Assembly: GCA_903934295.1 (NCBI GenBank)
Contig: CAIZNI010000013.1
Location: 38,888 to 102,887 of the forward strand
Direction: 5' to 3'
Source of the DNA: an uncultured beta proteobacterium
GTDB taxonomy: Bacteria > Pseudomonadota > Gammaproteobacteria > Burkholderiales > Burkholderiaceae_E
DNA: 64,000 bases
This document shows, piece after piece, positions 21,824-31,926 of this stretch; position 1 is the stretch's first letter, and every line of letters begins with the position of its first letter. Both the position numbers and the translations under genes were made by a program. The notes below the pieces were generated by a model. That model had not been told where the DNA came from. It saw only the letters and a program-made list of their open reading frames with translations, and made no database searches.

Positions 21824-23350
21824 ATGTGCGGCATTCTCGGCGTGGTATCCCGGACCCCGGTCAATCAGCTCCTGTACGACGGTCTGCTGCTGCTGCAGCA
21901 CCGCGGCCAGGACGCCGCCGGCATCGCGACCGCGATGGGCAAGAAATTCGGCATGCACAAGGGCAATGGCCAGGTGCGCGACGTGTTTCGCACCCGGAAC
22001 ATGCGCGCGCTGCCCGGCAATTCCGGCATCGCCCATGTGCGCTATCCCACCGCCGGCACCGCGGGCGACTCCGAGGAGGCCCAGCCGTTCTACGTGAACG
22101 CCCCCTTCGGCATCACCCTGGTCCACAACGGCAACCTGACGAATTCCGAGCAGCTCAAGGACGAGATGTTCCGGCTCGACCGCCGGCACATCAACACCGA
22201 GTCCGACTCGGAAGTGTTGCTCAACGTGCTGGCCAACGAACTGCAGGCCGCCTCGGTGGGCGAGGTCCTCGATCCCGACGCCATCTTCAAGGCGGTGGCC
22301 GAGGTGCACCGTCGCGTTCGCGGCGCCTACGCCTGCATTGCCGAGATCGCCGGCTATGGCGTGCTGGCGTTCCGCGATCCCTACGGCATCCGCCCCCTGT
22401 GCTACGGCGTGGCCGAGACCGACAACGGCACCGAGTACCTGGTGGCTTCCGAGTCGGTGGCGCTCGAGGGCCTGGGTTTCCGGATGGTGCGCGATGTGCA
22501 GCCCGGCGAGGCGGTGTTCATCCACCTGGACGGCAGTTTCCACGCGCGCCAGTGCGCCGAAAACCCGGTGCTCGCGCCGTGCATCTTCGAGTACGTGTAT
22601 TTCGCGCGGCCCGACTCGGTGATCGACGGCGCCTCGGTCTATGGTTCGCGCCTGAAGATGGGTGAGTACCTGGCACAGCACATCGCCCGCGAACTGCGGC
22701 TGGGCGACATCGATGTGGTGATGCCGATCCCCGACACCTCGCGGCCTTCGGCGATGCAGCTCGCCATGAAGCTGAACCTCGACTATCGCGAGGGCTTCCT
22801 GAAGAACCGCTACATCGGGCGTACCTTCATCATGCCGGGGCAGGCGGTGCGCCGGAAGTCGGTTCGCCAGAAGCTCAATGCGATGAGCGTCGAGTTCAAG
22901 GGCAAGAATGTGCTGCTGGTCGACGACTCGATCGTGCGCGGTACCACGTCGCACGAGATCGTCCAGATGGCGCGCGATTCGGGCGCGAACAAGGTCTATT
23001 TCGCCTCGGCTTCGCCGCCGGTGCGCTACCCCAATGTGTATGGCATCGACATGCCGACCCGCGGCGAGCTGATCGCCAACGGCCGCGACGATGACGAGAT
23101 TCGCCAGGCGATCGGCGCCGATGCGCTCGTTTACCAGGACATCGCCTCGATGCTGCGCTCGGTCACCGATATCAGCCCGCGGCTGTCGCGCTTCGAGGCG
23201 TCCTGCTTCGACGGCTCCTACGTGACCGGCGACATCAGCCCCGAGTACCTCGACCGCATCGAGGCGGCCCGCGATGCCGCACCCCGCCGTGCCGAGGAAG
23301 AGATCGCCAAGGCCCAGATGAACCTGCAGTTCTCGGTCGCTCGCGACTGA
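21824..23350 (+). CDS. purF: amidophosphoribosyltransferase
   Basis: MCGILGVVSRTPVNQLLYDGLLLLQHRGQDAAGI, with the Ntn catalytic Cys directly after the Met, at the ATG at 21824. PRTase motif VLLVDDSIVRGTT. Confidence 0.95.
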   Translation: MCGILGVVSRTPVNQLLYDGLLLLQHRGQDAAGIATAMGKKFGMHKGNGQVRDVFRTRNMRALPGNSGIAHVRYPTAGTAGDSEEAQPFYVNAPFGITLVHNGNLTNSEQLKDEMFRLDRRHINTESDSEVLLNVLANELQAASVGEVLDPDAIFKAVAEVHRRVRGAYACIAEIAGYGVLAFRDPYGIRPLCYGVAETDNGTEYLVASESVALEGLGFRMVRDVQPGEAVFIHLDGSFHARQCAENPVLAPCIFEYVYFARPDSVIDGASVYGSRLKMGEYLAQHIARELRLGDIDVVMPIPDTSRPSAMQLAMKLNLDYREGFLKNRYIGRTFIMPGQAVRRKSVRQKLNAMSVEFKGKNVLLVDDSIVRGTTSHEIVQMARDSGANKVYFASASPPVRYPNVYGIDMPTRGELIANGRDDDEIRQAIGADALVYQDIASMLRSVTDISPRLSRFEASCFDGSYVTGDISPEYLDRIEAARDAAPRRAEEEIAKAQMNLQFSVARD

Positions 23351-23380
23351 GCGTCCGGGTGCGGTATACTCCGCCGCCCC

Positions 23381-23471
23381 GGAGGGATGGATGAGCGGTT
23401 TAAGTCGCACGCCTGGAAAGCGTGTTCAGGTTAATAGCCTGACCGGGGTTCGAATCCCCGTCCCTCCGCCA
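23381..23471 (+). tRNA. tRNA-Ser (anticodon GGA), CCA end encoded
   Basis: Acceptor stem GGAGGGA/TCCCTCC. Anticodon stem-loop CACGC-CTGGAAA-GCGTG gives anticodon GGA. Long variable arm (TTCAGGTTAATAGCCTGAC). T arm GGGGTTCGAATCCCC. 3' GCCA. Confidence 0.9.
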
Positions 23472-23480
23472 ACAATGCCT

Positions 23481-23506
23481 GAAAACCCGCGTCAACATGG
23501 GTTTTC
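23481..23506 (+). terminator. hairpin directly after the tRNA-Ser (probable terminator or processing hairpin)
   Basis: GAAAACCC - 10-nt loop - GGGTTTTC, a perfect 8-bp stem 10 nt after the CCA end. The T-run is part of the stem. Confidence 0.45.
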
Positions 23507-23945
23507 ACAGTATCCAACGCCACCAGCACGCGGGCCCGCTCGGTCCGCGACGGTTTCGCGCGGCCTCTTGGCCTGACCCCGAACGGAATCCGGTCCTGAC
23601 GCAGGCATCCATCGCCGGCTGGAGCCTCCTCAATCCCCGGGACGCTTGCGCTCGCTAGAGTGAGCCGTCCTGGTTGGTCGCGCTGCTCATCCCCCTCGGT
23701 GCTCTGATCAGGATTTCCGATACCTCTGTGTCGAGCGCCTGGCTGACGCGCAGGTCCGCACCGTCCTGCCCCAAAGCTCCGGGAGTCCAGCCCATGCCGA
23801 ACCAGAAAGACACACAGCCGGTCATCACCGTCACTGCTGTTTTTCGTGCGCCTGCAGCGCGCTTGGCGCCGGGGGCTGGGCAGGATCTCGCGCTCGTTCG
23901 GCCGATCGGGGCCTGCGGTTACCCGGCCGCCCGCGGATCCCTGGC

Positions 23946-26900
23946 ATGACAGCCATCGGCCAGGCGACGCCCGGCATCACGGATGATGGGAGTGGGCCCA
24001 TCCGATTTCCAGGCGCTGTGCAGCCGCATGGTGCGCTTCTGGTGGTCGATTCGACGACGCAGTCCATCGTTGCCGCGAGTGAGTCCTGCAGTGAACTCCT
24101 GGGTGCCAGCGCATCGGCACTGCTGGGTACCTCGCTGCGGGCGCTCCTGGGCAATGAGATCGCCGACGCGCTGGCGCCGGTGGACGCGGCCCCGCGATGG
24201 CCATCGCAGGCGGTGCGCCTGAGCAATCAGACCCAGGTGGCGAGCACACGAACCAATTCGGCAGGGCTGGTGCTGGTTGATATCGAGGCGATCGGCGCCG
24301 ACTCTGCGGTCCTCGAAAAGGCGTTCCGACAGGAGTTGAGCCAGCTTCGGCAAATGGACGATGTCGTGGCGATGGCCGGTTCGGCCTGCCGGACGGTACG
24401 CCGCGCGATGGGGTTTGACCGCGTGATGATGTCTCGCTTCGACGCCGAGTGGACGAGCGAGGTCATCGCCGAGGCCCGCGCCGAGCCCATCGAACCCTTC
24501 TTCGGCCTGCACTTCCGCGCCAGCGACTGGCCTGTGCCAGCGCGAGAACGCTTTCGCCTGGGTCGCGTGCGGCAGGTACCCGACGTCGACTGCACCGCGT
24601 CGTCGCTGGTGGCATTGCGGGAAGCCGGGCCGATCGATCTGGACCCGTCGGGCATTCGAAGCGTCTCGTCGCTTCAGATCGCGTGTTACCGGCGCCTGGG
24701 CGTGCGAGCCGCGATGGTCGGAGCCCTGGTCATCGAGGGCCGCCTTTGGGGTCTGGTGGTTTGCCATCACCATGGCGGGCCACGCTACTTCGGCCCTGAG
24801 GCTCGGGATGCCTTTGCCGTTTTCTGTGAAGACATGGCGGGTGTGATCGACCTCGTGCTGCGCCGGCAGGAGCAGGCGCGGGCCATCGAACTGGCGGCGC
24901 GCCGCCGGGCCCTGATCGCGAGCATCCGTGACACTGACCTGCGGACACTGATCCGTCGCTCCGAAACCCGCGACCTTCTCGAGGTGATGGACGCCGACGG
25001 ATTCGCGCTGCTCATGAATGACACGACCGAACTCGTCGGCCGCACACCCGACCCGGCGCAGGTCCGGGTCCTGGAGGCGCGCCGCCATGAAGTGGCGCCC
25101 GGTTCAGTCGTGTTTCACACCCATTCGCTGGCACGCGATCTGGTTCCGCTCGCGGCCGCTGGCGAGTGTGCTGGCGCGCTGTTTGTGTCGGTACCCCACC
25201 GGCCGAAGACCGTCATGATCTGGTTTCGTGATGAACGCGTGCGCCGGGTCAGTTGGGCCAGCGATCCTGACCAGCCTTGCATCCGGGAGCAGGATGAACC
25301 CCTCGCGCCGGGCCGGTCCTTCACTCCGACCCTTCGGGAAATCCGGGGCGAGGCGCTGCCCTGGACGGCGCAGGAACTCGAGTCGGCCGCCGAACTGGCT
25401 TGCCTGATCGAGATCGACGCGCTGCGAGCCAGCGAGGCGTTCGCGAAAACGGTTCTGGACGCGAGCGGCAGCCATGTGTGCGTGCTCGCCGGCGACGGCA
25501 CCATCGTCGCCGTCAATCGGGCCTGGGAGCGCTTTGCGCGAGACAACGGCGCCCGCACCGAGACTGCCGCGCCGCAGGGCGTCAGCTACCGCGGGGTCTG
25601 CGAGGCGGCGATCGGTCAGACCAGCGGCGATGAGGCGGCTGCGGCATGGCAGGGCATCTCTGACGTGCTGGACGGTCGCAAGGATTTTTTCGCCCTGGAC
25701 TATCCCTGTGATTCCCCGACCGAGCGACGCTGGTTCGAGATGAGCGTGCATCCGCTTCTGGCCCCGCGCGAGGGCGCCGTCGTGCTGCACACGGACATCA
25801 CCGCGCGCAAACTGGCTCAACGCGCGCTCACCGCCAGTGAGGAGCGGTATCGCGCGGTACTCGAGTCGCAGACCGACCTGATTTTCCGGTCCAGGATTGA
25901 CGGAACGATCCTGTATGTGAACCCGGCTTTCTGCCACTTCTTCGGCCAATCGGCCCAGGCGCTGACCGGTGCCCGTTGGCAGCCGGTCACGCATGCCGAG
26001 GACCTGCCGATGATTGAAGCCGCGCTCGCGCGGTTGTCGCCGGAAAACCCGGTGGTGACGATCGAGAACCGGGTTCACGCCAGCGATGGCCACCTGCGAT
26101 GGGTGGAGTTTGTCAGCCGCGCCTTTTTCGACGAGGAGCAGCATCTGGTGGAGATTCAGACGGTCGGTCGCGACATCACCGATCGCAAGTCGGCCGAGGC
26201 TCGCATCGCGGCGCTGTTGCGGGAGCAGGACGCGCTGCTCAACAGCCCAGTGGTGGGCATCGTGAAGATCAGCGATCGCCGCGTGGAGTGGGCCAATCAG
26301 GCGTTTGCATCCATCTTCGGCTATTCCGTCGACGAGGTGCTGGGTCAGAGCACCGGCATCTTCTTCCCGTCGGACACCGCCCTCGCTGAATTCACCGCGG
26401 CTTCGACGCCGGTACTGAGTGCCGGCGGCGTGTTTCATTCGGAACTGCTGCAGCGTCGCAAGGATGGCAGCCGGTGCTGGGTTTCGTTCAGCGTCGCGCA
26501 ACTGGATGTCGCGACGAACAAGCTGATCGGCGCGCTGGTCGACATCACCGCGCACAAGGAGGACGAGGCAGAGCTGGATCGGCACCGGCAGTACCTGGAG
26601 GAGCTGGTCGCCGCGCGGACCCTCGCGTTGCAGGAGGCCAAGGAATTCGTGGAGCCGTCGATCGCCCGGCTGCAGCAGGCGCATGACCTGGTGGCCATGG
26701 GCAGGTCCACGCTGGATGCCGCGCTCGACAGCATGGGTGACGCTGTCTTCATTTCCGACCGCGAGGGTCGCTTCATCAACTTCAACGATGCCTTCGCCAC
26801 TTTCCACCGATTCCGCGACAAGGCCGGTTGCGCGCGAACCCTGTCCGAGTACCAGGCATTCCTCGATGTGTTCCTGGCCAATGGTGAACTCGTGCCAGTG

Positions 26901-28313
26901 GAGAACTGGGCGGTGCCGCGCGCACTGCGCGGCGAGTCGGCCATCAATGCCGAATTCACGCTTCGAAGGCGCGACACGGGCGAGTCCTGGATCGGCAGCT
27001 TCAACTACGCACCCATTCGCGGCCAGGACGGCGGCATCGTCGGCTCGGTGGTGACCGCCCGCGACATCACCGACATCCGGCAGAAGGGGTTGGCGCTGAG
27101 CCAGGCCAAGGAGGCCGCGGAGGCCGCGAATCGAGCCAAGAGCGCCTTCCTGGCCACCATGAGCCACGAGTTGCGAACGCCGTTGAACGGCATCATGGGC
27201 ATGATCGAGCTGGCACGGCGGCGGGCCAGCGATCCCCGCCAGATCGACCAGCTCGGAAAGGCCGCCAAGGCGTCCCAGCACCTGCTGGCGATCATTCGCG
27301 ACATTCTCGACATTTCGCGCATCGAGGCCGACCGGTTTCCTCTGCTGGAGGCCGACTTCCAGCTCGACACGGTTTTCCAGAACCTGGACGCGCTGATTCA
27401 TGGGCAGATCGCTAATGCAGATCTTCGCCTGTCGATGGAGTTGGCGCCGCCGCTGCGCGGCATGATGGTGCATGGTGACGCGAGGCGTCTGTCGCAGGTG
27501 CTGCTGAACCTCACCAGCAACGCGGTCAAGTTCACCGAGCAGGGCTCGATCACGGTGCGTGCCCAACTGCTCCAGGACAGCCCGGCGCAGGTCGTGTTGC
27601 GCTTCGAGGTTCAGGACACGGGCATCGGCATCGCGCCGGCGGACCAGCTGCGAATCTTCCGGGCCTTCGAGCAGGTCGACAGCTCCACCACCCGTCCGTA
27701 TGGGGGAAGCGGGTTGGGGCTGGCGATCAGCAAGCGCCTCGTGCAGATGATGCATGGAACGATCGGTGTGGACAGCCAGCTCGGTGCCGGTGCGACCTTC
27801 TGGTTCACCGTGCAGCTGAGCAAGCCCCGGCTGGCCAGGGGCTTCGAGCCAGCGCAGCCACCGGCGCAGCTGTCTGCGCGGGAATACCTGAAGGCCAGGT
27901 ATGGCGGTGCCTATGTGCTGCTGGTCGAGGACGACGCCACGAACCTGGAGGTGACGCAGGGGCTGCTGGAGGACTGCGGGCTGGTCGTTCATTCAGCGAC
28001 TGACGGGGCGCAAGCCGTGGACCGGGCCCAGCGGGTGAACTATGACCTGATCCTGACGGATATCCAGATGCCGGTGATGGACGGCATCGAGGCAACCCGG
28101 AAAATCCGCCTGCTGGACAACAATGCCGATGTGCCGATCATCGCCTTCACCGCGAACGTCTTTCCGGAAGATGAAGCGCGCTGTCGCGAAGCCGGCATGA
28201 ACGACTTCATCGGTCGGCCTATCGAGTCCGAGGTGCTCTATGCGGTCATGCTGGAGTGGCTGGGGAAATCGCACGCTGGTGCCCGGGGTGCCGGCGCGCC
28301 GGCTTCCGGATGA
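23946..28313 (+). CDS. phytochrome-like (PAS2-GAF-PHY) multi-PAS hybrid sensor histidine kinase with a C-terminal receiver domain
   Basis: 1455 aa. The N-terminus [18 protein letters not shown] and the GAF block [44 protein letters not shown]...[13 protein letters not shown] match the bacteriophytochrome photosensory core. Several PAS/PAC-like segments follow. HisKA is [14 protein letters not shown]. HATPase is [28 protein letters not shown] is [13 protein letters not shown]...[14 protein letters not shown]. Confidence 0.85.
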   Translation: MTAIGQATPGITDDGSGPIRFPGAVQPHGALLVVDSTTQSIVAASESCSELLGASASALLGTSLRALLGNEIADALAPVDAAPRWPSQAVRLSNQTQVASTRTNSAGLVLVDIEAIGADSAVLEKAFRQELSQLRQMDDVVAMAGSACRTVRRAMGFDRVMMSRFDAEWTSEVIAEARAEPIEPFFGLHFRASDWPVPARERFRLGRVRQVPDVDCTASSLVALREAGPIDLDPSGIRSVSSLQIACYRRLGVRAAMVGALVIEGRLWGLVVCHHHGGPRYFGPEARDAFAVFCEDMAGVIDLVLRRQEQARAIELAARRRALIASIRDTDLRTLIRRSETRDLLEVMDADGFALLMNDTTELVGRTPDPAQVRVLEARRHEVAPGSVVFHTHSLARDLVPLAAAGECAGALFVSVPHRPKTVMIWFRDERVRRVSWASDPDQPCIREQDEPLAPGRSFTPTLREIRGEALPWTAQELESAAELACLIEIDALRASEAFAKTVLDASGSHVCVLAGDGTIVAVNRAWERFARDNGARTETAAPQGVSYRGVCEAAIGQTSGDEAAAAWQGISDVLDGRKDFFALDYPCDSPTERRWFEMSVHPLLAPREGAVVLHTDITARKLAQRALTASEERYRAVLESQTDLIFRSRIDGTILYVNPAFCHFFGQSAQALTGARWQPVTHAEDLPMIEAALARLSPENPVVTIENRVHASDGHLRWVEFVSRAFFDEEQHLVEIQTVGRDITDRKSAEARIAALLREQDALLNSPVVGIVKISDRRVEWANQAFASIFGYSVDEVLGQSTGIFFPSDTALAEFTAASTPVLSAGGVFHSELLQRRKDGSRCWVSFSVAQLDVATNKLIGALVDITAHKEDEAELDRHRQYLEELVAARTLALQEAKEFVEPSIARLQQAHDLVAMGRSTLDAALDSMGDAVFISDREGRFINFNDAFATFHRFRDKAGCARTLSEYQAFLDVFLANGELVPVENWAVPRALRGESAINAEFTLRRRDTGESWIGSFNYAPIRGQDGGIVGSVVTARDITDIRQKGLALSQAKEAAEAANRAKSAFLATMSHELRTPLNGIMGMIELARRRASDPRQIDQLGKAAKASQHLLAIIRDILDISRIEADRFPLLEADFQLDTVFQNLDALIHGQIANADLRLSMELAPPLRGMMVHGDARRLSQVLLNLTSNAVKFTEQGSITVRAQLLQDSPAQVVLRFEVQDTGIGIAPADQLRIFRAFEQVDSSTTRPYGGSGLGLAISKRLVQMMHGTIGVDSQLGAGATFWFTVQLSKPRLARGFEPAQPPAQLSAREYLKARYGGAYVLLVEDDATNLEVTQGLLEDCGLVVHSATDGAQAVDRAQRVNYDLILTDIQMPVMDGIEATRKIRLLDNNADVPIIAFTANVFPEDEARCREAGMNDFIGRPIESEVLYAVMLEWLGKSHAGARGAGAPASG

Positions 28314-28367
28314 ATCGGGGCAGCGGATCTGCGGGCGCTCGGTGAAGTTGCCCGGGTGCGCTGACGT

Positions 28368-28802
28368 TCAGTCCTCTTTCGGCAGCCGCGCCATCACCGC
28401 GCGCCAGCCATTCTCGGCCGTCTTGCCGGCGGCATCGAACACCGCGGCCAGCTGCGCCATCTGTGTGCCGGTGAGCTGAGCCTCCAGCCGCGTGCCTTCG
28501 GCCGTCAGGCGCAGTTCGCGGCGCCGCCCGTCCTGCGCGGAAATCCGAACCGTGACCAGCTTGCGTTCGACAAGGCGGCGCAGCGGTGCGTTGAGGGCCT
28601 GCTTCGACACCCCCAGCACGGCGAGCAGCGCGTCGATCCCCAGTCCGGGGTCGCGTCCGACGAAATACAGGATCCGGTGGTGCGCACGCGAGAGCCCGCG
28701 CTGCGTGAGGATGCGGTCCGGGTGTTCGGTGAACGCGCGATAGCCGAAGAAGAACAGCTCGATGGCCTCGCGCAGGGTGGCCTGGCGTGTTGAGTCAATC
28801 AT
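28368..28802 (-). CDS. MarR-family transcriptional regulator
   Basis: 144 aa. Winged-HTH region LSRAHHRILYFVGRDPGLGIDALLAVLGVSKQALNAPLRRLVERKLV. Divergent from the aminotransferase gene. Confidence 0.85.
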   Translation of the reverse strand: MIDSTRQATLREAIELFFFGYRAFTEHPDRILTQRGLSRAHHRILYFVGRDPGLGIDALLAVLGVSKQALNAPLRRLVERKLVTVRISAQDGRRRELRLTAEGTRLEAQLTGTQMAQLAAVFDAAGKTAENGWRAVMARLPKED

Positions 28803-28840
28803 GTTGACATATTAGTCGAGCGGTAATACGGTGTCGACTG

Positions 28841-28855
28841 GTCAATTATATTGAC
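28841..28855. promoter_or_regulatory. candidate MarR operator: palindrome GTCAAT-TAT-ATTGAC in an AT-rich divergent promoter region
   Basis: Perfect 6-bp inverted arms with a 3-nt spacer. Related TTGAC(A/T)TAT motifs occur at 28804 and 28851. This is the only markedly AT-rich stretch for kilobases, between the marR start (28802) and the aminotransferase ATG (28888, SD AGGAGG). Confidence 0.45.
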
Positions 28856-28887
28856 TTATATGGTCCGTCCATTTCAGGAGGTTTCCG

Positions 28888-30066
28888 ATGACAGCCAGCG
28901 AGCGCTTTTCCCGGCGCGTGAACGATCTCGTCGCCTCGCCGATCCGCGAGATCCTGGCGGTCATCGACCGCCCGGGCATGGTTTCCTTCGCCGGCGGACT
29001 GCCCGCGCCGCAGCGCTTTCCCGCGCTGGCCCCGGGCGACGTGCCGCCGTCCTGGCTGCAATACGGGCCGTCGGAAGGCGAGCCTGCGCTGCGCGAGCGC
29101 ATCGCGGGCGAGATGGCCGCGCTGGGCCTGCCTTGTGCCCCGGATCAGGTGCTGGTGCTCTCCGGTTCGCAGCAGGGCATCGACCTGGTCGCCAAGCTGT
29201 TCATCGACGCCGGGACCCCGGTGGCGGTCGAGTCGCCGACCTATCTCGCGGCGCTGCAGGTCTTCCGGTTCTTCGGCGCGCGATTCCTGGCTTTCGATCC
29301 GACGCGGCCCGAGGCGTTGTGCGAGACGGCGACGCCGCCCGCCTTCGTCTACGCGATCCCGACGTTTCAGAACCCGACGGGACGCTGTTACAGCACCGGC
29401 GAACGCGCGGCGCTGGCCCGTGCCTGCGACACGATGGGGGCGGTCCTGTTCGAGGACGACCCGTATCGCGACCTCGCGTATGACGCCGGCGATCGCACGC
29501 CGGTCTGCGCGAGCCTGGAGCGGGCGTCGTGGATCTACCAGGGGTCGTTCTCGAAAAGCCTGGCGCCCGGCCTGCGACTGGGCTTTCTGGTCGCGTCGCG
29601 CGACCTGCTGGTGCCGCTGACGCGCCTGAAGCAGGCCGCTGACCTGCACAGCAGTCGCGTGAGCCAGTGGCTCGTGCTCCAGCAACTGGCGCATCCGCAG
29701 CGCGCGGCGCGGGTGGCCGGTCTGGTGGGTGATTACCGCGCGCGTCGCGACGCCTTTGCCGCGGCTCTGACGCGGCATCTGGGCGACCTGGCGACCTGGG
29801 CGGTGCCGCCCGGCGGGCTGTTCTTCTGGCTCACCCTGCGTCAGCCGATCGATACCCGCAGGCTGCTGACCCGCGCGATCGAGCAGGGCGTCGCGTTCAT
29901 GCCGGGCGAGCCGTTTTTCCCCGACGCCGCACCGACGCTCGGGCGGCTGCGGCTCAACTTCAGTCACGCCAGCGAGTCCGACGCGCAGCGTGGCCTGCGC
30001 ACGCTCGGCGGCTTGCTGCGGGAGGCGATCTCCGCCGATGGCGTCGGCGCTGCCCGCGCCGCCTGA
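28888..30066 (+). CDS. PLP-dependent aminotransferase (class I/II fold; 2-aminoadipate/aromatic aminotransferase-like)
   Basis: 392 aa. PTFQNPTG motif and the PLP-lysine motif SFSKSLAPGLRLGF. Confidence 0.8.
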   Translation: MTASERFSRRVNDLVASPIREILAVIDRPGMVSFAGGLPAPQRFPALAPGDVPPSWLQYGPSEGEPALRERIAGEMAALGLPCAPDQVLVLSGSQQGIDLVAKLFIDAGTPVAVESPTYLAALQVFRFFGARFLAFDPTRPEALCETATPPAFVYAIPTFQNPTGRCYSTGERAALARACDTMGAVLFEDDPYRDLAYDAGDRTPVCASLERASWIYQGSFSKSLAPGLRLGFLVASRDLLVPLTRLKQAADLHSSRVSQWLVLQQLAHPQRAARVAGLVGDYRARRDAFAAALTRHLGDLATWAVPPGGLFFWLTLRQPIDTRRLLTRAIEQGVAFMPGEPFFPDAAPTLGRLRLNFSHASESDAQRGLRTLGGLLREAISADGVGAARAA

Positions 30067-30208
30067 GGGAAGCGGGCGCCGACCGGTGGCGCCCACGGCA
30101 CCCCGGTCTACAATGAGCGCCTGCGTTCGTGGCCATCGCCGAATCGCCGATCGCCGCCGATTCCCGCGTTGTGCGTCACTCCCTCCAGCCCCCCGCACCG
30201 CACCGCCC

Positions 30209-31861
30209 ATGACCCCTCACGACTATCCGCTCCAGAGCCGCACCATCGGGCGCGTGCTTGCCGACAAGGCACGCCGGGTGCCGAATCGGCCGTTCCTGCT
30301 CTGGCAGGGGCGCACCCACACCTACGCCGAACTCGAGTCGATGACCAACCGCTATGCCAATGGCTTCACCGCCCATGGCATCGGTCATGGCGACCACGTC
30401 GCGGTGATGCTGCCCAACTGCCCCGAGTTCCTGTGGGTCGTGTGGGGCCTGGCCAAGATCGGGGCGGTCGCGGTGCCGCTGAACACCGCCGCCCGCGGCG
30501 ACATGCTGCGCTACTTCATCGACCAGTCCGATGCCACCACCGTGATCGTGGACGCCGAGTGGGCCGATCGGCTGGGCGCGGTCGCCGCCGGGCTCTCGAA
30601 GGTGCGCCGCTTCGTGTTGCACAACGCCGATGTCGAGGGCGGTGCGAGTGCGCCGGCGCCGGCGGTCAGCCTGGACATCGGCCCGGTCCCGGCCACCGCG
30701 CATCCGCTGTCCGATTTCGAGTCCGACGACGTCACGCCACCCCCGCCCGAGCGCGTCCGCCATGACGACACACAGCTGATCATCTACACCTCGGGCACCA
30801 CCGGTCCGTCCAAGGGTGTGCTGTGCCCGCACTCGCAGGGGCTGGGCATCGGGCGAGCCATTGCGCTCGACTATGGCTATCGGTCCGACGACGTGATCTA
30901 CGCCTGCCTGCCGCTCTTTCACGCCAATGCGATGTGGTTCTCGTGCTGCGCGGCGTTGTGGGCCGAGGCCGCCTTCGCGCTGTCGCCGCGCTTTTCGGCC
31001 AGCCGGTTCTGGGACGAGATCCGCGCCACCGGCGCGACCCAGTTCAATTCGCTGGGCGCGATGACCAACATCATCCTGCAACTGCCGCCCGGCCCGCACG
31101 AGCGCGATCACTCGCTGCGCCAGATCATGGCGGTGCCGATGAGCCGGGACCTGCACGCCGAGCTGCGGCGCCGCTACGGGGTGGCGGTGACCTCGGTGTT
31201 CGCGATGTCCGAGAACTATGCGGTGACCTCGTTCGTGCCCGATGACCCGGCCGACAAGGCGGGCTCGGCCGGCTCGCCGCGCGGTGCCTCGCTGCTGCGC
31301 ATCGGCGATGACGAGGGGCGCGAGCTCCCGGTGGGCGAGGTGGGCGAGATCCTGCTGCGCCCGCTGCACGAAGGCGCGATGATGAAGGGCTACTACCGGA
31401 TGCCCCGGGAAACCGCCGACGCGTTCGTCGACGGCTGGTTTCGCACCGGCGACCGGGGCCGGGTCGATGCCGACGGTTACCTGTATTTCGTCGATCGCAA
31501 GAAAGAGGCGATCCGCCGCCGGGGCGAGAACATCTCGGCCTACGAGGTCGAGATGATCCTGTCGCGCCATCCGGCGATCCTCGAGGTGGCGGCGGTGCCG
31601 GTGCCCGCCGAGATGAGTGAGGACGAGGTGATGGTCTATGTGGTGCTCAACCCGGGAGCGACGATGACGCACGCCGAGGTGGTGCAGTTCGCCGCCGAGC
31701 ACATGAACTACTACATGGTGCCGCGCTTCGTCGAGTTCATCGCCGAACTGCCCAAGACCGCCACCGAGAAGATCGAGAAGTACAAGCTCAAGCAGGACGC
31801 GCTGGCGCGCCGTGCCGGGTTGTGGGACCGCGAGCGCGCGGGCATCGAGGTCGCGCGCTAG
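30209..31861 (+). CDS. AMP-dependent acyl-CoA synthetase/ligase
   Basis: AMP-binding motif IIYTSGTTGPSKGV and C-terminal GWFRTGDRG...LPKTATEKIEK. The start is placed at the ATG at 30209 (MTPHDYPLQSRTIGRVLADKA), in the frame of track ORF 29990..31861. Confidence 0.85.
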   Translation: MTPHDYPLQSRTIGRVLADKARRVPNRPFLLWQGRTHTYAELESMTNRYANGFTAHGIGHGDHVAVMLPNCPEFLWVVWGLAKIGAVAVPLNTAARGDMLRYFIDQSDATTVIVDAEWADRLGAVAAGLSKVRRFVLHNADVEGGASAPAPAVSLDIGPVPATAHPLSDFESDDVTPPPPERVRHDDTQLIIYTSGTTGPSKGVLCPHSQGLGIGRAIALDYGYRSDDVIYACLPLFHANAMWFSCCAALWAEAAFALSPRFSASRFWDEIRATGATQFNSLGAMTNIILQLPPGPHERDHSLRQIMAVPMSRDLHAELRRRYGVAVTSVFAMSENYAVTSFVPDDPADKAGSAGSPRGASLLRIGDDEGRELPVGEVGEILLRPLHEGAMMKGYYRMPRETADAFVDGWFRTGDRGRVDADGYLYFVDRKKEAIRRRGENISAYEVEMILSRHPAILEVAAVPVPAEMSEDEVMVYVVLNPGATMTHAEVVQFAAEHMNYYMVPRFVEFIAELPKTATEKIEKYKLKQDALARRAGLWDRERAGIEVAR

Positions 31862-31926
31862 ATGTCGCCCGCCCGGTCATCGCCGACACTGCCGGCCATG
31901 CGAGACGACATCGATGGGGCCCGGTC

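Noticed and set aside
23472-23945. A prophage or integrative-element remnant, or a bphO heme-oxygenase gene, between tRNA-Ser and the phytochrome-like gene.
   Set aside because: There is no integrase-like or heme-oxygenase-like reading frame in any frame. I could not find a direct repeat of the tRNA 3' end by eye. Only a weak 51-codon ORF is present, and it is reported separately as a low-confidence finding.
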